A stretch of 64,000 nt of DNA from Alphaproteobacteria bacterium (GTDB taxonomy: Bacteria; Pseudomonadota; Alphaproteobacteria; UBA2966): the NCBI GenBank assembly GCA_964291395.2, contig OZ219856.1, positions 224,001 to 288,000 on the forward strand, in the 5' to 3' direction. Made by a program: the position numbers and the translations under genes. Of this stretch, positions 1-10,321 are shown piece after piece (position 1 is the stretch's first letter; the number at the start of each line of letters is the position of its first letter). The notes under the pieces were generated by a model. It searched no databases and had not been told where the DNA came from. It worked only from the letters and a program-made list of their open reading frames with translations.

Positions 1-1
1 C

Positions 2-3000
2 TACGGGGACGCCGTCCTCCAGGGAATCCGGGATGTCCTCGGGCTCGAACCGGCCGCTCTCCTCCCCCACGGGCGGATCGCCGGTATCAAGATGGGCACC
101 ACCGTGGCGACCAACGCGCTGCTCGAACGTCGCGGCGATCCCACCGTCTGGGTCACGACGCGTGGATTCGGAGACATGCTGCGGATCGGCTACCAGCAGC
201 GTCCCGATCTCTTCGCCCTGAACATCGTCTTGCCCGAGCCCGTCCACGACCGGGTGATCGAAGTTGCCGAACGGGTCATGGCGGACGGCACGATCGACGT
301 ACCGCTCGACGAGGACGGCGCCGAGCGTGAGCTCGAGGCCGCCTTCGAAGCGGGTTACGGATCCGTCGCCATCACGTTCATGCACGGATACCGCTATCCC
401 GATCATGAACGGCGGATTGCCCGGATCGCCCGGCGCCTCGGCTTTTCCCAGGTTTCCGTGAGCCATGAAGTCAGTCCGCTGATCAAGTTCATCTCGCGGG
501 GCGATACCACGGTGGTGGACGCCTATCTCTCGCCCATCCTGCGGCGTTACGTCGACACGGTCGCCGCGGACGTCCTGACCGACGGCAGCGGCATGCGGTT
601 GATGTTCATGCAGTCGAACGGCGGGCTCACGGACAGCAGCATGTTCCAGGGCAAGGATTCGATCCTGTCGGGACCGGCCGGCGGAGTCGTGGGTGCCGCG
701 CGCACGTCGCGCATGGCGGGCCTGGACAAAATCATCGCCTTCGACATGGGCGGCACGTCGACCGACGTGTCGCACTTCGCCGGCGAGTTCGAGCGCAGCC
801 TCGAAACGGAGGTCGCGGGCGTCCGAATGCGAGCGCCCATGCTCTACATCCACACGGTCGCCGCGGGCGGTGGCTCGATCCTCCATTTCGACGGCGCGCG
901 CTACCGGGTCGGCCCCGATTCCGCCGGTGCCGATCCCGGCCCGGCCTGCTACCGGCGGGGCGGTCCGCTGACGATCACCGACTGCAACGTCATGCTGGGG
1001 CGCATCGTGCCGCGGTTCTTCCCGGGCGTGTTCGGCTCGGGACAGGATGAGCCCCTGGACGATCGGGTGGTGGCCGAGAAGTTCACGATTCTCGCTTCCG
1101 AAATCACGGCCGCGACCGGCGACCGGCGCTCCCCCGAAGCGGTGGCGGAAGGATTCCTCACCATCGCCATCGAGAACATGGCGAATGCGATCAAGAAGAT
1201 TTCTCTGCAACGGGGATACGACGTTTCCGAATATGCGCTGTGCTGCTTCGGCGGCGCCGGAGGACAGCACGCCTGCCGCATCGCCGACTCGCTCGGCATG
1301 CGAACCGTGTTCATCCACCCGCACGCCGGCGTCTTGTCCGCTTACGGCATGGGTCTCGCCGATATCGTGGCGATGCGCGAGCGATCCATCGAGACGCGTC
1401 TCGACGAGACGGCGATGGAAAGCCTGACAGGCGTCATCGCTGCATTGGAGGCGGAAGCCGTCGGAGAGTTGCGGGAGCAGATCGGGACGGAGGCGGCGGT
1501 GACCGTCGAGCGCCGGGTCCTGATCCGCTATGACGGTACGGACTCGGCGCTGACCGTGGACTTTGGCGCCGCAACCGAGATGACGACCGCGTTCGAGGCG
1601 CTTCATCGCCAGCGCTATGGGTTCGTCACGCCCGACAAGCCCTTGATCCTCGAAGCCGCCGTCGTCGAGGCACTCGGAGGTGCCGCCGATATCGAGGACC
1701 CACAGATCGACCGGGAAGGGGAGGGTCGAACCGGCGCGTCCGTGCCGAGGATTGCCGAAACATCGGTGTTCATGGACGGCGGACGCCGCACCGTGCCCGT
1801 CGTCGACCGCGCCGGCATGCTTCCGGGCGACATCGTGGAAGGTCCGGCAATCATCGTCGAGCCGCATGGCACCAACGTGGTCGAGGACGGCTGGCAGGCC
1901 CGCCTGACGAACCGGGGTCACCTCATGCTGGACCGGGCGATGCCGGCCGAGGAGTCGGTCCGCCTGCGGACGGCGGCGGATCCGGTCATGCTCGAGGTGT
2001 TCAACAACCTGTTCATGTCGATCGCGGAGCAGATGGGAGCCGCGCTGACCAACACGGCCTATTCGGTCAACATCAAGGAGCGCCGCGACTTCTCGTGCGC
2101 CTTGTTCGATTCCGAGGGCCAACTGGTCGCCAACGCTCCGCACCAGCCGGTGCATCTGGGATCGATGAGCGAGAGCATCGCCGCGGTGATCCGCGGCCGC
2201 CGCGACACCATGCGGCCCGGCGAGGTCTACATGCTGAATGCGCCCTACAACGGCGGAACCCATCTTCCCGACGTCACGGTGGTGCGGCCGGTCTTCGACG
2301 ACGCGGGACAACAGGTGATCTTCTACGTGGGGGCCCGCGCTCACCACGCCGACATCGGCGGCCTGACGCCCGGTTCCGTGCCGCCCGACTCGCGCGTCGT
2401 CGAAGAGGAGGGCGTCCTGATCGACGACTTCCTGGTGGTGGAGAACGGCGTGTTGCGCGAGCGGGAGACGCGGGATCTGTTCGCTTCGGGCCGGTACCCG
2501 TCTCGGAACGTCGATCAGAACCTGGCCGATCTCACGGCGCAGATCGCCGCGTGCGAGACGGGTGTCCGGGAACTCGCGCGGATGGTCCGTCACTACGGTC
2601 TCGACGTCGTGCGGGCCTACATGGGGCACGTGCAGGACAACGCGGAAGAGCTGGTACGCCAGGTGCTGGGTGTGCTCGCCGGCGGCGAGTTCGCGTACCC
2701 GATGGACAACGGCGCCGAGATTCGCGTGCGCATCGACGTCGACCGCGGGGCGCGCCGGGCGACCGTCGATTTCACCGGCACGTCGCCGCAGCAGCCCAAC
2801 AACTTCAACGCGCCGACGGCCGTCTGCAAGGCTGCCGTGCTGTACGTGTTCCGCTCGCTGATCGATGACGACATCCCGCTGAACGCCGGGTGCCTCAAGC
2901 CGCTCGACATCATCGTGCCGGAGCGCTCGATGCTGGCCCCGGAATACCCTGCCGCGGTGGTCGCCGGGAACGTCGAGACCTCGCAATACGTCACCGACAC

Positions 3001-3526
3001 CTTGTTCGGCGCGCTCGGCACCTTGGCCGCGTCACAGGGGACCATGAACAACGTCACCTTCGGAGACGGCACCTGGCAGTATTACGAGACCAATGCCGGA
3101 GGCGCCGGGGCGGGCCCCGGCTTCGACGGCGCCTCGGTCGTCCAGACCCACATGACCAACGGCCGACTGGCGGATCCCGAAATGCTCGAATGGCGATTCC
3201 CGGTCCTCGTCGAATGCCTGCGCATCCGTAACGGCTCGGGCGGTCGCGGTCGCTACGTCGGCGGAGACGGGTCCCACCGAAGGTTACGCTTCCTGCGGGA
3301 CATGACGGGAGCCATCGTGTCGTGCCATCGAAAGGTTCCGCCTTACGGCATGGCGGGGGGCGAGCCCGGCGAAGTCGGCAGGACGTGGGTGGAGCGCACC
3401 GACGGGACCACCGTCGAGCTGGAGGGCTGCGACCAGGTCGAGATGACCGCGGGTGACGTCTTCGTGCTCGACACGCCGTCGGGCGGCGGCTATGGGCCGC
3501 CCGCGGAGCGCTCACCTCCGCAATAG
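2..3526 (+). CDS. Fused hydantoinase/5-oxoprolinase (A+B domains), 5' end outside the window
   Basis: Frame is open from base 2 ([11 protein letters not shown]...[15 protein letters not shown]). Motifs [54 protein letters not shown]. Confidence 0.93.
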   Translation, partial: YGDAVLQGIRDVLGLEPAALLPHGRIAGIKMGTTVATNALLERRGDPTVWVTTRGFGDMLRIGYQQRPDLFALNIVLPEPVHDRVIEVAERVMADGTIDVPLDEDGAERELEAAFEAGYGSVAITFMHGYRYPDHERRIARIARRLGFSQVSVSHEVSPLIKFISRGDTTVVDAYLSPILRRYVDTVAADVLTDGSGMRLMFMQSNGGLTDSSMFQGKDSILSGPAGGVVGAARTSRMAGLDKIIAFDMGGTSTDVSHFAGEFERSLETEVAGVRMRAPMLYIHTVAAGGGSILHFDGARYRVGPDSAGADPGPACYRRGGPLTITDCNVMLGRIVPRFFPGVFGSGQDEPLDDRVVAEKFTILASEITAATGDRRSPEAVAEGFLTIAIENMANAIKKISLQRGYDVSEYALCCFGGAGGQHACRIADSLGMRTVFIHPHAGVLSAYGMGLADIVAMRERSIETRLDETAMESLTGVIAALEAEAVGELREQIGTEAAVTVERRVLIRYDGTDSALTVDFGAATEMTTAFEALHRQRYGFVTPDKPLILEAAVVEALGGAADIEDPQIDREGEGRTGASVPRIAETSVFMDGGRRTVPVVDRAGMLPGDIVEGPAIIVEPHGTNVVEDGWQARLTNRGHLMLDRAMPAEESVRLRTAADPVMLEVFNNLFMSIAEQMGAALTNTAYSVNIKERRDFSCALFDSEGQLVANAPHQPVHLGSMSESIAAVIRGRRDTMRPGEVYMLNAPYNGGTHLPDVTVVRPVFDDAGQQVIFYVGARAHHADIGGLTPGSVPPDSRVVEEEGVLIDDFLVVENGVLRERETRDLFASGRYPSRNVDQNLADLTAQIAACETGVRELARMVRHYGLDVVRAYMGHVQDNAEELVRQVLGVLAGGEFAYPMDNGAEIRVRIDVDRGARRATVDFTGTSPQQPNNFNAPTAVCKAAVLYVFRSLIDDDIPLNAGCLKPLDIIVPERSMLAPEYPAAVVAGNVETSQYVTDTLFGALGTLAASQGTMNNVTFGDGTWQYYETNAGGAGAGPGFDGASVVQTHMTNGRLADPEMLEWRFPVLVECLRIRNGSGGRGRYVGGDGSHRRLRFLRDMTGAIVSCHRKVPPYGMAGGEPGEVGRTWVERTDGTTVELEGCDQVEMTAGDVFVLDTPSGGGYGPPAERSPPQ

Positions 3527-3563
3527 CCGCGGCCGGTCGGCGTGCCGAGCCGGTTCGCCGGGG

Positions 3564-4547
<984 letters not shown>

Positions 4548-4744
4548 TCGAAGCTCCTGTGGGTTGGGCGGCGGCGCAGGGTGTCACAGGGGCCGGGTTC
4601 CGCTCAAGCGGAGGCGAGTCGGAAGGTTCTCTCGACTCATGGACCGCAGGGACCGGTCCGGCCGGATGGACTCCATCGATTTGAGTCGCGGGCCTGCAAC
4701 TCCCGAGACCGACATGCGCTCGTTCGGGAAACCGTGCGATGCGT

Positions 4745-4774
4745 GACTAGGCGAGACTAGGCGAGACTAGCCGA
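4745..4774 (+). repeat. 10-bp tandem repeat x3 (GACTAGGCGA GACTAGGCGA GACTAGCCGA)
   Basis: Read directly from the sequence. Confidence 0.9.
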
Positions 4775-4939
4775 GTCGGCGCCGTCGCTCCGCCTCATGC
4801 GAAATCTCCCATGGGTGAATGGGCGGACGCGAGAGGAAACGCCCGTCTCTTGGCGTTCCGCCCCCCGTTTCCGTGCCCCGCCCCGGCCTCTGCGCAGAGC
4901 GCAGGCGGTCGACGCGGCGCATGCGCGCGCATGTCATGT

Positions 4940-5320
4940 ACTCGACGCGAAGACGTCGTTCGTAGCCGTAGTCGAGCCTAGGGCCGCACAGGGTGTGTCT
5001 CGGCGAGTGCCTGTTGCAGCCGGTCGAGATGGACCACACGTCGATCACCGTCGACCCGGTCCGGAAAGATGCGGCGCAGTCCGAAGCCGCTTTGAGCGGT
5101 GCTTCGCGCGCTCGATCCGAGCAGTGGGTCGCGTCCTGCGGAACTGTCTCCAGCGTCCGGGTCACCACCTCGACAATCTTGTCGTCGCCGATCTTACGGG
5201 GAGCGCCGGGTCGTGGCTCGTCGTCGAGGCCCTCAAAGAAGCGGCGCCGCAGGTGCCGACGGTCAGCCGCGACACGCCCAGCTTCTCCGCAATCGCCGTG
5301 TTGCTTAGCCCCTCCGTCGC
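4940..5320 (-). pseudogene. Degenerate IS630-family transposase remnant
   Basis: Minus strand reads ATEGLSNTAIAEKLGVSRLTVGT / frameshift / RRRF.EGLDDEPRPGAPRKIGDDKIVEVVTRTLETVPQDATHCS, the IS630 HTH region. Downstream part is eroded and boundaries are approximate. Confidence 0.8.
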
Positions 5321-5353
5321 CCGGGTGGGCGGCTTAGCCGCGGGTAGGTCTCT

Positions 5354-5404
5354 CCCGCCATATTGCCGTCATTTTTCTACGAAGAATAACGGCAATATGG
5401 CGGG
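5354..5404. repeat. 51-bp near-perfect inverted repeat
   Basis: CCCGCCATATTGCCGT (5354-5369) pairs perfectly with ACGGCAATATGGCGGG (5389-5404). The inner ATTTTTC/GAAGAAT also pairs. Confidence 0.9.
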
Positions 5405-5498
5405 CATCGGCGAGTCAATGACGCGACCCGGACGCCTCGGAGTGATGACAGGTGAACGGGTTCTGCGTTAGCGTTCCAGGGGCGGTGCGGAATCTCAA

Positions 5499-6284
5499 AT
5501 GAAGTTGTCTGACGCGCAGATCGAACGGTTCGAGAACGACGGGTTCCTCGTCCTGCCGTCCGTGTTCACGCATGACGAGGTCGACGCGCTGAAATCGGAC
5601 CTGCCGCGACTGTTCGCCGAACGCCGGCCGGAAAACTTCAGGGAGAAGGAGAGCGACGCCGTGCGCACGGCGATGGCCCTGCACCAGCGCAGCGACGTCT
5701 ACGCGCGTCTGGTGCGCCACCCGCGCCTCGTGGAGCCTGCGAAACAAATCCTCGGCGATGACCTCTACATCCAGCAGGTCAAGGTGAACGCCAAGGAGGC
5801 CTTCTCCGGCGACGTCTGGCAATGGCACTACGACTTCGCCACCCATCACGAGGAGGACGGCGTGCCGGAGCCGCTGGCGCTCAATCTCCATATCCTTCTC
5901 GACGAGGTAACCGAGTTCAACGGACCCCTCGTGTTCATTCGCGGCTCGCACCGGCGTGGTCCCGTGCCCGCGGCCTTGGACACCGAGACGACCAGCTACC
6001 CGCTCTGGGTCGTCGATCGCGAGGCCGTGGCCGAGCTGGTGGCGGAGGGCGGCCTGGTCTCGGCCAAGGGGCCGCCCGGCACGGTGCTCATTTTCGGCGA
6101 CACGCTGGTGCACGGCTCGTCGATCAACATGTCACCCTGGCCGCGCACGATCTTCTCCCTGATTCTCAATCCCGTGTCCAACGCCTTGACCCGCTACCGA
6201 CGACCGGAGCACCAGCACCATCGGGACCTCGGCGCGGTGGTGCCGCTCGCCGACGACTGCCTGATCGCGGGGGCGGCCGCGTGA
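5499..6284 (+). CDS. Fe(II)/2-oxoglutarate dioxygenase, PhyH family (ectoine/proline hydroxylase-like)
   Basis: WHYD (HxD), distal H in [17 protein letters not shown] in PRTIF. Confidence 0.88.
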   Translation: MKLSDAQIERFENDGFLVLPSVFTHDEVDALKSDLPRLFAERRPENFREKESDAVRTAMALHQRSDVYARLVRHPRLVEPAKQILGDDLYIQQVKVNAKEAFSGDVWQWHYDFATHHEEDGVPEPLALNLHILLDEVTEFNGPLVFIRGSHRRGPVPAALDTETTSYPLWVVDREAVAELVAEGGLVSAKGPPGTVLIFGDTLVHGSSINMSPWPRTIFSLILNPVSNALTRYRRPEHQHHRDLGAVVPLADDCLIAGAAA

Positions 6285-7564
6285 GCGAGCCCCACGCCGG
6301 CTACTTCAGCGCATCGTTGGCGGAGGCGGATTCGGAGGTGGCCGCGGCCATCGCCGGCGAGGCGGCCCGCCAGAACGACCAGATCGAGCTGATCGCCTCC
6401 GAGAACATCGTCAGCCGGGCGGTGCTGGAAGCCCAGGGTTCGATACTCGCCAACAGGACCGTCGAGGGGTACCCGGACGGGCGCTATCACGGCGGGGCGG
6501 CGAACGTCGATGTCATCGAAAAGCTGGCGGTGGACCGCGCGCGCCGGTTGTTCGGCTGCGCGTTCGCCAACGTGCAGCCCCACTCGGGGAGCCAGGCCAA
6601 TCACGCCGTCCTCCTGGCCCTCGTCAAGCCCGGCGAGGCCCTTCTCGGCATGGATCTGGCGGCGGGCGGACACCTGAGTCACGGGGCGGGGGCCAACCTT
6701 TCCGGCAAATGGTTCGACGCCCGGCACTACGGCGTGCGGCGCCAGGACGGGCTGATCGACTACGACGAGGTGGAGCGCCTGGCCGCCGAGCACCAGCCCA
6801 AGCTGATCATTGCCGGCGGTTCGGCCTACCCGCGCGTCATCGATTTCGGACGGTTCCGCGCGATCGCCGACGACTGCGGTGCTTCCCTTCTCGTCGACAT
6901 GGCGCACTTCGCCGGGCTCGTGGCCGGCGGCGTGCACCCGAACCCCGTGCCCTACGCCGACGTGGTGACCACGACGACTTACAAGAGTCTGCGCGGCGCC
7001 CGGGGTGGACTGATCCTGACCGACGACCCAGCGCTTGCGCGGAAGCTCGATTCCGCGATGTTCCCCGGACTCCAAGGCAGCCCGCTGTTGCATGCCGTCG
7101 CCGCGAAGGCGGTGTGTCTCGGCGAGGCGTTGCGGCCGGAATTCAAGGACTACGCGAAACGCGTGCTGGAGAACGCCCGCGCCCTGGCGGACGCGCTCAT
7201 CGCGGGCGGTCTCTCCCTGGTGAGCGGCGGCACGGACACGCCGCTCATGCTGGTCGACTTGCGGCCCCTCGAGCTTACGGGAGATGCGGCGAGCGCCAGT
7301 CTGGAGCGGGCCGGCCTCACCGCCAACAAGAACGCGATCCCGTTCGATCCGAAGCCGCCGACGGTGACGTCGGGCCTGCGCCTCGGCTCCTCGGCCGGTA
7401 CGACGCGGGGTTTCGGGACGGCGGAGTTCAAGCTGATCGGGGAGACCATCGTCGAGGTCTTGAAGGGTTTGCGGACGTCGCCGGACGACAACGGTGCCGT
7501 CGAAGCCGCCGCGCTCTCCCGCATCGGCGCCTTGAGCCGATCCTTCCCGATCTATACGGCGTGA
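6281..7564 (+). CDS. Serine hydroxymethyltransferase-family PLP enzyme with an atypical active site
   Basis: GTG overlaps the upstream [40 protein letters not shown] and [10 protein letters not shown] are present, but several canonical GlyA residues are substituted. Confidence 0.9.
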   Translation: MSEPHAGYFSASLAEADSEVAAAIAGEAARQNDQIELIASENIVSRAVLEAQGSILANRTVEGYPDGRYHGGAANVDVIEKLAVDRARRLFGCAFANVQPHSGSQANHAVLLALVKPGEALLGMDLAAGGHLSHGAGANLSGKWFDARHYGVRRQDGLIDYDEVERLAAEHQPKLIIAGGSAYPRVIDFGRFRAIADDCGASLLVDMAHFAGLVAGGVHPNPVPYADVVTTTTYKSLRGARGGLILTDDPALARKLDSAMFPGLQGSPLLHAVAAKAVCLGEALRPEFKDYAKRVLENARALADALIAGGLSLVSGGTDTPLMLVDLRPLELTGDAASASLERAGLTANKNAIPFDPKPPTVTSGLRLGSSAGTTRGFGTAEFKLIGETIVEVLKGLRTSPDDNGAVEAAALSRIGALSRSFPIYTA

Positions 7565-7653
7565 CGGCGCGAGGCCCGTGAAATTCGCCGGGGATCGCGG
7601 TCCTGCCGCTCCGCTCGCAGCTCGGACACTTCATGCTCGGCATCACCCGGAGG

Positions 7654-8238
7654 TCAGTCCTGCGAAGGCCTTCCCAGGATGTCCGTGACGGAAACGACCT
7701 TCGCGAATCGCGTGCCCATCGTGCGCAGCGAAGGTTCGTGCATGTCGCCCATGCGGGCACCCGTGGCCTCGCGCGGGATCACGACGCGGTAGTCGAGGCT
7801 GTCGGCGTCGCGCACCGTCGACTCGACGGCCCAGTTGGTCGACGTGCCGACGACGATCAGGCGCTCCACACCCAGGCCGCGCAGCACCCAGTCGAGATCC
7901 GTGCCGAAGAACGCGCTCGGACGTTTCTTCGTGATGACGATGTCGTGGTCCCGCCGCCCCACGTCATCGCAGATGTCGGCGCCCCAGCTTCCGTCGACGA
8001 GACGGCCGGCCATCTCGTCCGCCGACTCGCGGACCGACAGGGGGGCGTCGATGTAGCCCGGCCGGAAGGCCATGCGGATCCAGATCACCGGGATGTCCCG
8101 ACCGTGCGCCCAATCGACCATGGTACGAACGGCGGCGAGGAGCCCCTCGGCCACCTTGGGCAGATCACCGCCGAGCGTGCCCTTCGGATCGAGCACTTCC
8201 TTCTGGACGTCGACGACGAGAAGAGCGTCTTGCGGCAT
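7654..8238 (-). CDS. Isochorismatase/cysteine hydrolase family protein
   Basis: Start MPQDALLVVDVQ after an AAGGA RBS. KKRPSAFFGTDL and GTSTNWAVESTVRDA. Confidence 0.88.
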   Translation of the reverse strand: MPQDALLVVDVQKEVLDPKGTLGGDLPKVAEGLLAAVRTMVDWAHGRDIPVIWIRMAFRPGYIDAPLSVRESADEMAGRLVDGSWGADICDDVGRRDHDIVITKKRPSAFFGTDLDWVLRGLGVERLIVVGTSTNWAVESTVRDADSLDYRVVIPREATGARMGDMHEPSLRTMGTRFAKVVSVTDILGRPSQD

Positions 8239-8279
8239 CTGATTTCCTTCACAATCCGGCGCGGGCATGAGGCCCCACG

Positions 8280-9377
8280 CTACAGGACCTGCTCGGAGCG
8301 GGCCGGCCGAGTTTGCGCCTGTCCGGATGCGTCCCTCGGCATTTCTTCGAGAACCGCCCGCACCGCATCCGCGGCTTCCTCTACGTCGGCGCTGGACACG
8401 TCGAGATGCGTCACGGCCCTGAGCCGGCGCTGCGAGACGGCGGTGATGCGTACGCCCCGTTCCTCCAGTCCCGTCTGCATGGCCGGTGCGGAGATGCCGC
8501 TTCGGGATACGTCGAAGAAGATCATGTTGGTCTGCACGGTGTCGAGGTCGACGGAGATTCCCGGCAAGTTGGCCACTCGTTCCGCGAACACGCGCGCGTT
8601 CGCGTGATCCTCCGCCATGCGGTCCACATGGTTCTCCAGGGCGTACAGGCCGGCGGCGGCGATGACGCCTGACTGGCGCATCGCACCGCCGAGACGCTGT
8701 TTCCACCGCCAGATTTCGTGGATAAATTCAGTCGACCCTGCGAGAACCCCGCCGATGGGACAGCCGAGGCCCTTGCTGAGGTCGATCCACACCGAATCGA
8801 ACGGCGCGGCTTGATGCCCGGCCGGCACGCCCGTCGCGACCACGGCGTTCATCAGCCTGGCGCCGTCCATGTGAAGGGCGAGATCGTGTTTCCTGGCCAC
8901 TTCGGCCACGGCCCGAATCGTCCCGAGCGGCCACACCGTCCCCCCGCCCGCGTTCGACGTTTGCTCCACTTCGACCAGTCGGCTGCTCGGCGCGTGACGT
9001 CTGGACGGTCGGATGGCCTCCTCAAGTTGGTCTGGGCCGTAGATGCCGTTCCGGCCGTCGAGCGGCCGGACCATCGCCCCGAACATGGCGAGCGCGCCGG
9101 ACTCGGCGTTGATGATGTGCGACGTGCGATCGCAGATGATTTCGTCACCGGTGCGGCAGTGGACGGCGATCGCGGCGATGTTGCACATGGTGCCCGAGGG
9201 CATGAGGACGGCCGCTTCCTTGCCGAGCAGCTCCGCCACCGTTTCACCGAGTCTGATGGTCGTGGGGTCCGTCATCGACTGCTCGTCACCCAACTCCGCG
9301 GCCATCATGGCTTCCTTCATGCCCGGCGTCGGCCGGGACTGGGTATCGCTGTGCATGTTGATGTGAATGTCAGCCAT
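8280..9377 (-). CDS. ltaE: Low-specificity L-threonine aldolase (PLP)
   Basis: HSDTQSRPT, PSGTMCN, HMDGARLMNA, LSKGLGCPIG, GGAMRQSG. Confidence 0.88.
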   Translation of the reverse strand: MADIHINMHSDTQSRPTPGMKEAMMAAELGDEQSMTDPTTIRLGETVAELLGKEAAVLMPSGTMCNIAAIAVHCRTGDEIICDRTSHIINAESGALAMFGAMVRPLDGRNGIYGPDQLEEAIRPSRRHAPSSRLVEVEQTSNAGGGTVWPLGTIRAVAEVARKHDLALHMDGARLMNAVVATGVPAGHQAAPFDSVWIDLSKGLGCPIGGVLAGSTEFIHEIWRWKQRLGGAMRQSGVIAAAGLYALENHVDRMAEDHANARVFAERVANLPGISVDLDTVQTNMIFFDVSRSGISAPAMQTGLEERGVRITAVSQRRLRAVTHLDVSSADVEEAADAVRAVLEEMPRDASGQAQTRPARSEQVL

Positions 9378-9676
9378 CGTCAGATCCCTTCGGCTTCCGC
9401 CTCCGCCGGTCTTCGTAAGTCTGTCGGCGAGAAGGTACAAACGTAAGCGATCGACGTATTTTGGCAAACAGTGCGGCGGGGTTGGGGTGGGATCGGTCTC
9501 CTCGTACATCGGCTCGAGGCTGCGCGAATGATCTTCTGGGCTGGCTGGTCGTCATCCCTCCGTCAACTGCACCGACTTGTCCAACGGCGTCCAACGGCGC
9601 GGCAGCAATGGCGATCCCTGCCACGATCAACACCCTGCGATGACGGGCGTCCTTAAGCGGGAATCTCGCCCTCCGT

Positions 9677-10225
9677 CTACTCAGATAGGAAGTCCTTCAC
9701 CTCGGAGATCGCCTTCTCGACTTCCATTTCGGAATACTTGGGCTTCAGAGCCATCACATGCTTGGCAAGTTTCCTGTCGTCTTCAAATTCGTCCTGCGGC
9801 GCGTGTCGGCGCAGATAGGTGATCGTAGAAACGAGCTCCAGGCCTTTCGCCGTTCTATTCCCGAAAGCCGCCAATACTTCGTCGATGGCTGCCCGGTTTT
9901 GCTTCAAAAACTCTCGCCCCTTCCCGATCATTCGTTCAGTGTGCTTGCCGGGTTCGATCAGGTAATGGTTGTCCCGACTGTCATAACGAATCGTCGCGCC
10001 ACTGCTGTTTGCAATTACATCCAAATCACCGGCGAGACTGATCGAATACGGCCCATAGGTATAGAAGGAAAAACGATAGCCCGTATCGACGCCTCCCAAT
10101 TCCTGGATGAGATGCACTTTCTTCTGAAGCGCCTTCTTTCCGAGCTGCTGGCGGTGCCGCTTGGCTTGGTCGATCAGAAATGCGACCAGAGCATATTGAT
10201 CGATCTTTCCCGTTATTCCTGTCAT
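9677..10225 (-). CDS. YwgA/Panacea(SocA)-like protein, putative partner of the HD dNTPase
   Basis: ATG after GGGGAC RBS. GKKALQKKVHLIQ...YRFSFYTYGPYS...LELVSTI...LKPKYS pattern of YwgA/DUF4065/DarG C-terminal-like proteins. Confidence 0.75.
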   Translation of the reverse strand: MTGITGKIDQYALVAFLIDQAKRHRQQLGKKALQKKVHLIQELGGVDTGYRFSFYTYGPYSISLAGDLDVIANSSGATIRYDSRDNHYLIEPGKHTERMIGKGREFLKQNRAAIDEVLAAFGNRTAKGLELVSTITYLRRHAPQDEFEDDRKLAKHVMALKPKYSEMEVEKAISEVKDFLSE

Positions 10226-10321
10226 GATGAGTCCCCTAAATTCTCCGTCCATGTCGGACGGTCGCCTCGGCATCCCGGCGATTTCCCTCTGGCACGTAGA
10301 GTCGGCGCTGGTTGACTCTGA

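Noticed and set aside
4920-4933. Palindrome CATGCGCGCGCATG
   Set aside because: Low-complexity GC palindrome at the edge of the IS relic, with no functional context.
5822-6280. N-terminal extensions in the ORF track (SHMT 580 aa, amidase 752 aa, dctM 588 aa, cysQ 387 aa)
   Set aside because: They overlap upstream genes in another frame and are low-complexity Arg/Gly/Pro text. True starts were chosen at RBS or overlap positions; these are not fusions.
9370-9633. Short minus-strand ORF upstream of ltaE (ATG at 9555 has a GGAGGG RBS)
   Set aside because: No recognisable motif or coding-like composition; cannot be supported as a gene.
10229-10238. GAGTCCCCTA matching part of tRNA-Glu
   Set aside because: Inverted relative to the tRNA and coincides with the stop/RBS of the cassette; a chance match, not an att site.
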